Source: Felis catus | Lineage: Eukaryota | Direction: 5' to 3' | Length of the DNA stretch: 64,000 bases | Assembly: GCF_018350175.1 (NCBI RefSeq) | Contig: NC_058368.1 | Span: 89,902,001 to 89,966,000, forward strand | Part shown: piece by piece, positions 62,708 to 64,000 of the stretch | Layout: the number at the start of each line of letters is the position of its first letter | How positions within the stretch are numbered: position 1 is the stretch's first letter | Notes under the pieces: generated by a model | The model's database searches: none | The model's input: only the letters and a program-made list of their open reading frames with translations | What the model was told of the DNA's origin: nothing | Made by a program: the position numbers and the translations under genes

Positions 62708-63347
62708 GTAAGCTACTTCCCCTGGGTTAACATGTAAGTCAGGTGGTGTCGATCTTCCCCAGAACTTTCCAACCAGCTCATTTCCCTCTGGAAGCAAAAG
62801 CAGTAGCTGAGTAAGACCCATGTCACCACATTGGACATAAACCTCATCCTGGCTCCGCCACCTTTCCAAATCTTCAGGAGAAGATAGCAGGGCATTTGCA
62901 TGTCCCTGAGGGACCACCGCAGATTCACATAATCAAAAGAACATGAACTTCCTTTTATTAAAGTATCTGCACTGCCTAACGTATCGACTCATACACCACA
63001 TGGAATGTGGGGTGAGAAGGCAGACAGTGTTTGTCTCACATATGAAAAGGTTGTGGCGTTGGTTGGGATGTGGGTGGGTTTGACTCAACATATTTGATCA
63101 TTTTGACTGCTGTTATTTTGCAATGTCCAGATTAATGGCGAGGACAGGCTTCTGAGGCAGGATGATCTCAGGGAATCTGGAATGACTCAGCTTGCTATGT
63201 GATTCTGGCAGACATTTCTTACCCCCCATTTTCCTTGTTCTTATCTTAAGTCACTGTGAGGGTGGATCATAAGGGAGGAGAGGGAGCTGGCCGGGCAACA
63301 TTATGCAATGACCGTTATCTAACACTCTGTCCAACGAAATATTCCAG

Positions 63348-63482
63348 GAAAGCAAAGGCTATGAGTTTGAGTCAGAAACAGACACAGAGACCATCGCCAA
63401 GCTGATTAAATACGTGTTTGACAACAGAGAAACTGAGGACATTACGTTTTCAACACTGGTCGAAAGAGTCATTCAGCAGCTG
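63348..63482 (+). CDS. GFPT2: GFPT2 exon 6 (135 nt): [45 protein letters not shown]; gene continues beyond window
   Basis: Acceptor attccag|, donor |gtgagt. Carries the SETDTE glutamine-binding motif; cumulative CDS is 534 nt = 178 codons with no stop. Confidence 0.97.
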
Positions 63483-63601
63483 GTGAGTTACCAGGCCCAC
63501 CTGTGTACATAAATTGCCCTTTCATTCCTTCACTTTTCAGTAGCATTTATGAGTCGAATTTGTGCAAAGTACCTGAGGATTAAAGATGGCTTGACTACAG
63601 T

Positions 63602-63720
63602 GGTGCCTGGATGGCTTAGTTGGCTAAGTATCTGACTCTTGATTTTAGCTCAGGTCTTAATCTCAGGGTCATGAGTTCAGCCTCGCATTGGGCTCTGTGC
63701 TGGGCGTGAAGTTACTAAAA
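63602..63720 (+). mobile_element. Short Can-SINE
   Basis: ggtgcctggatggcttagttggctaagtatctgactcttgattttagctcagg head. Confidence 0.75.
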
Positions 63721-64000
63721 ACAGAAAAAGTCTACGATGTCTGGCCTTAAGATGTTACATCATGGAGAACTGAGAGAAATCCTGAGGTTTTGGTAGTAAA
63801 TATCGAGTAAGAAGTGGCCTGTTCCATCTTAACTCCTCTGAGTCCGTGATCGGAACTTCCTATCAGTGGTTCCTCATGATGGCGCACTGCACGCGGGACC
63901 TTTGTCATCTTGTCCGCTGTGTGTGCCATTAGTTACATACCCAGGGTGCATTGAACTGATGTTGGAGACTCAGAATTGTAGTTTTTCCACCAGTTTCAGT

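Overview
Mammalian (carnivore, most likely cat/felid) genomic DNA, judged from about 42 tRNA-derived Can-SINE (SINEC_Fc-like) copies. The only protein-coding gene I can support is GFPT2 (glutamine--fructose-6-phosphate aminotransferase 2) on the + strand. Its CpG-island/TATA promoter is at ~41.3-41.4 kb and coding exons 1-6 lie at 41508-41514, 56813-56920, 58260-58358, 58895-59020, 62649-62707 and 63348-63482. All introns are GT-AG and the exons join into 178 uninterrupted codons; the gene continues past the window. The upstream ~41 kb is repeat-rich intergenic DNA: SINEs, old L1/L2 pieces, MaLR and MER21-like LTRs, hAT MITEs and a decayed but nearly complete two-LTR ERV-L provirus at ~19.4-25.5 kb. 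Almost all ORFs in the six-frame track are spurious or repeat-derived. I found no convincing new biological system. The best leads are a candidate intronic promoter plus an in-frame ATG just before exon 2 that would give a GFPT2 lacking catalytic Cys2, a 214/217-bp tandem duplication in intron 1, abutting inverted SINE pairs, and an A-rich exon 3 acceptor. Repeat family names come from remembered consensus features, not a database search, and repeat boundaries are approximate.
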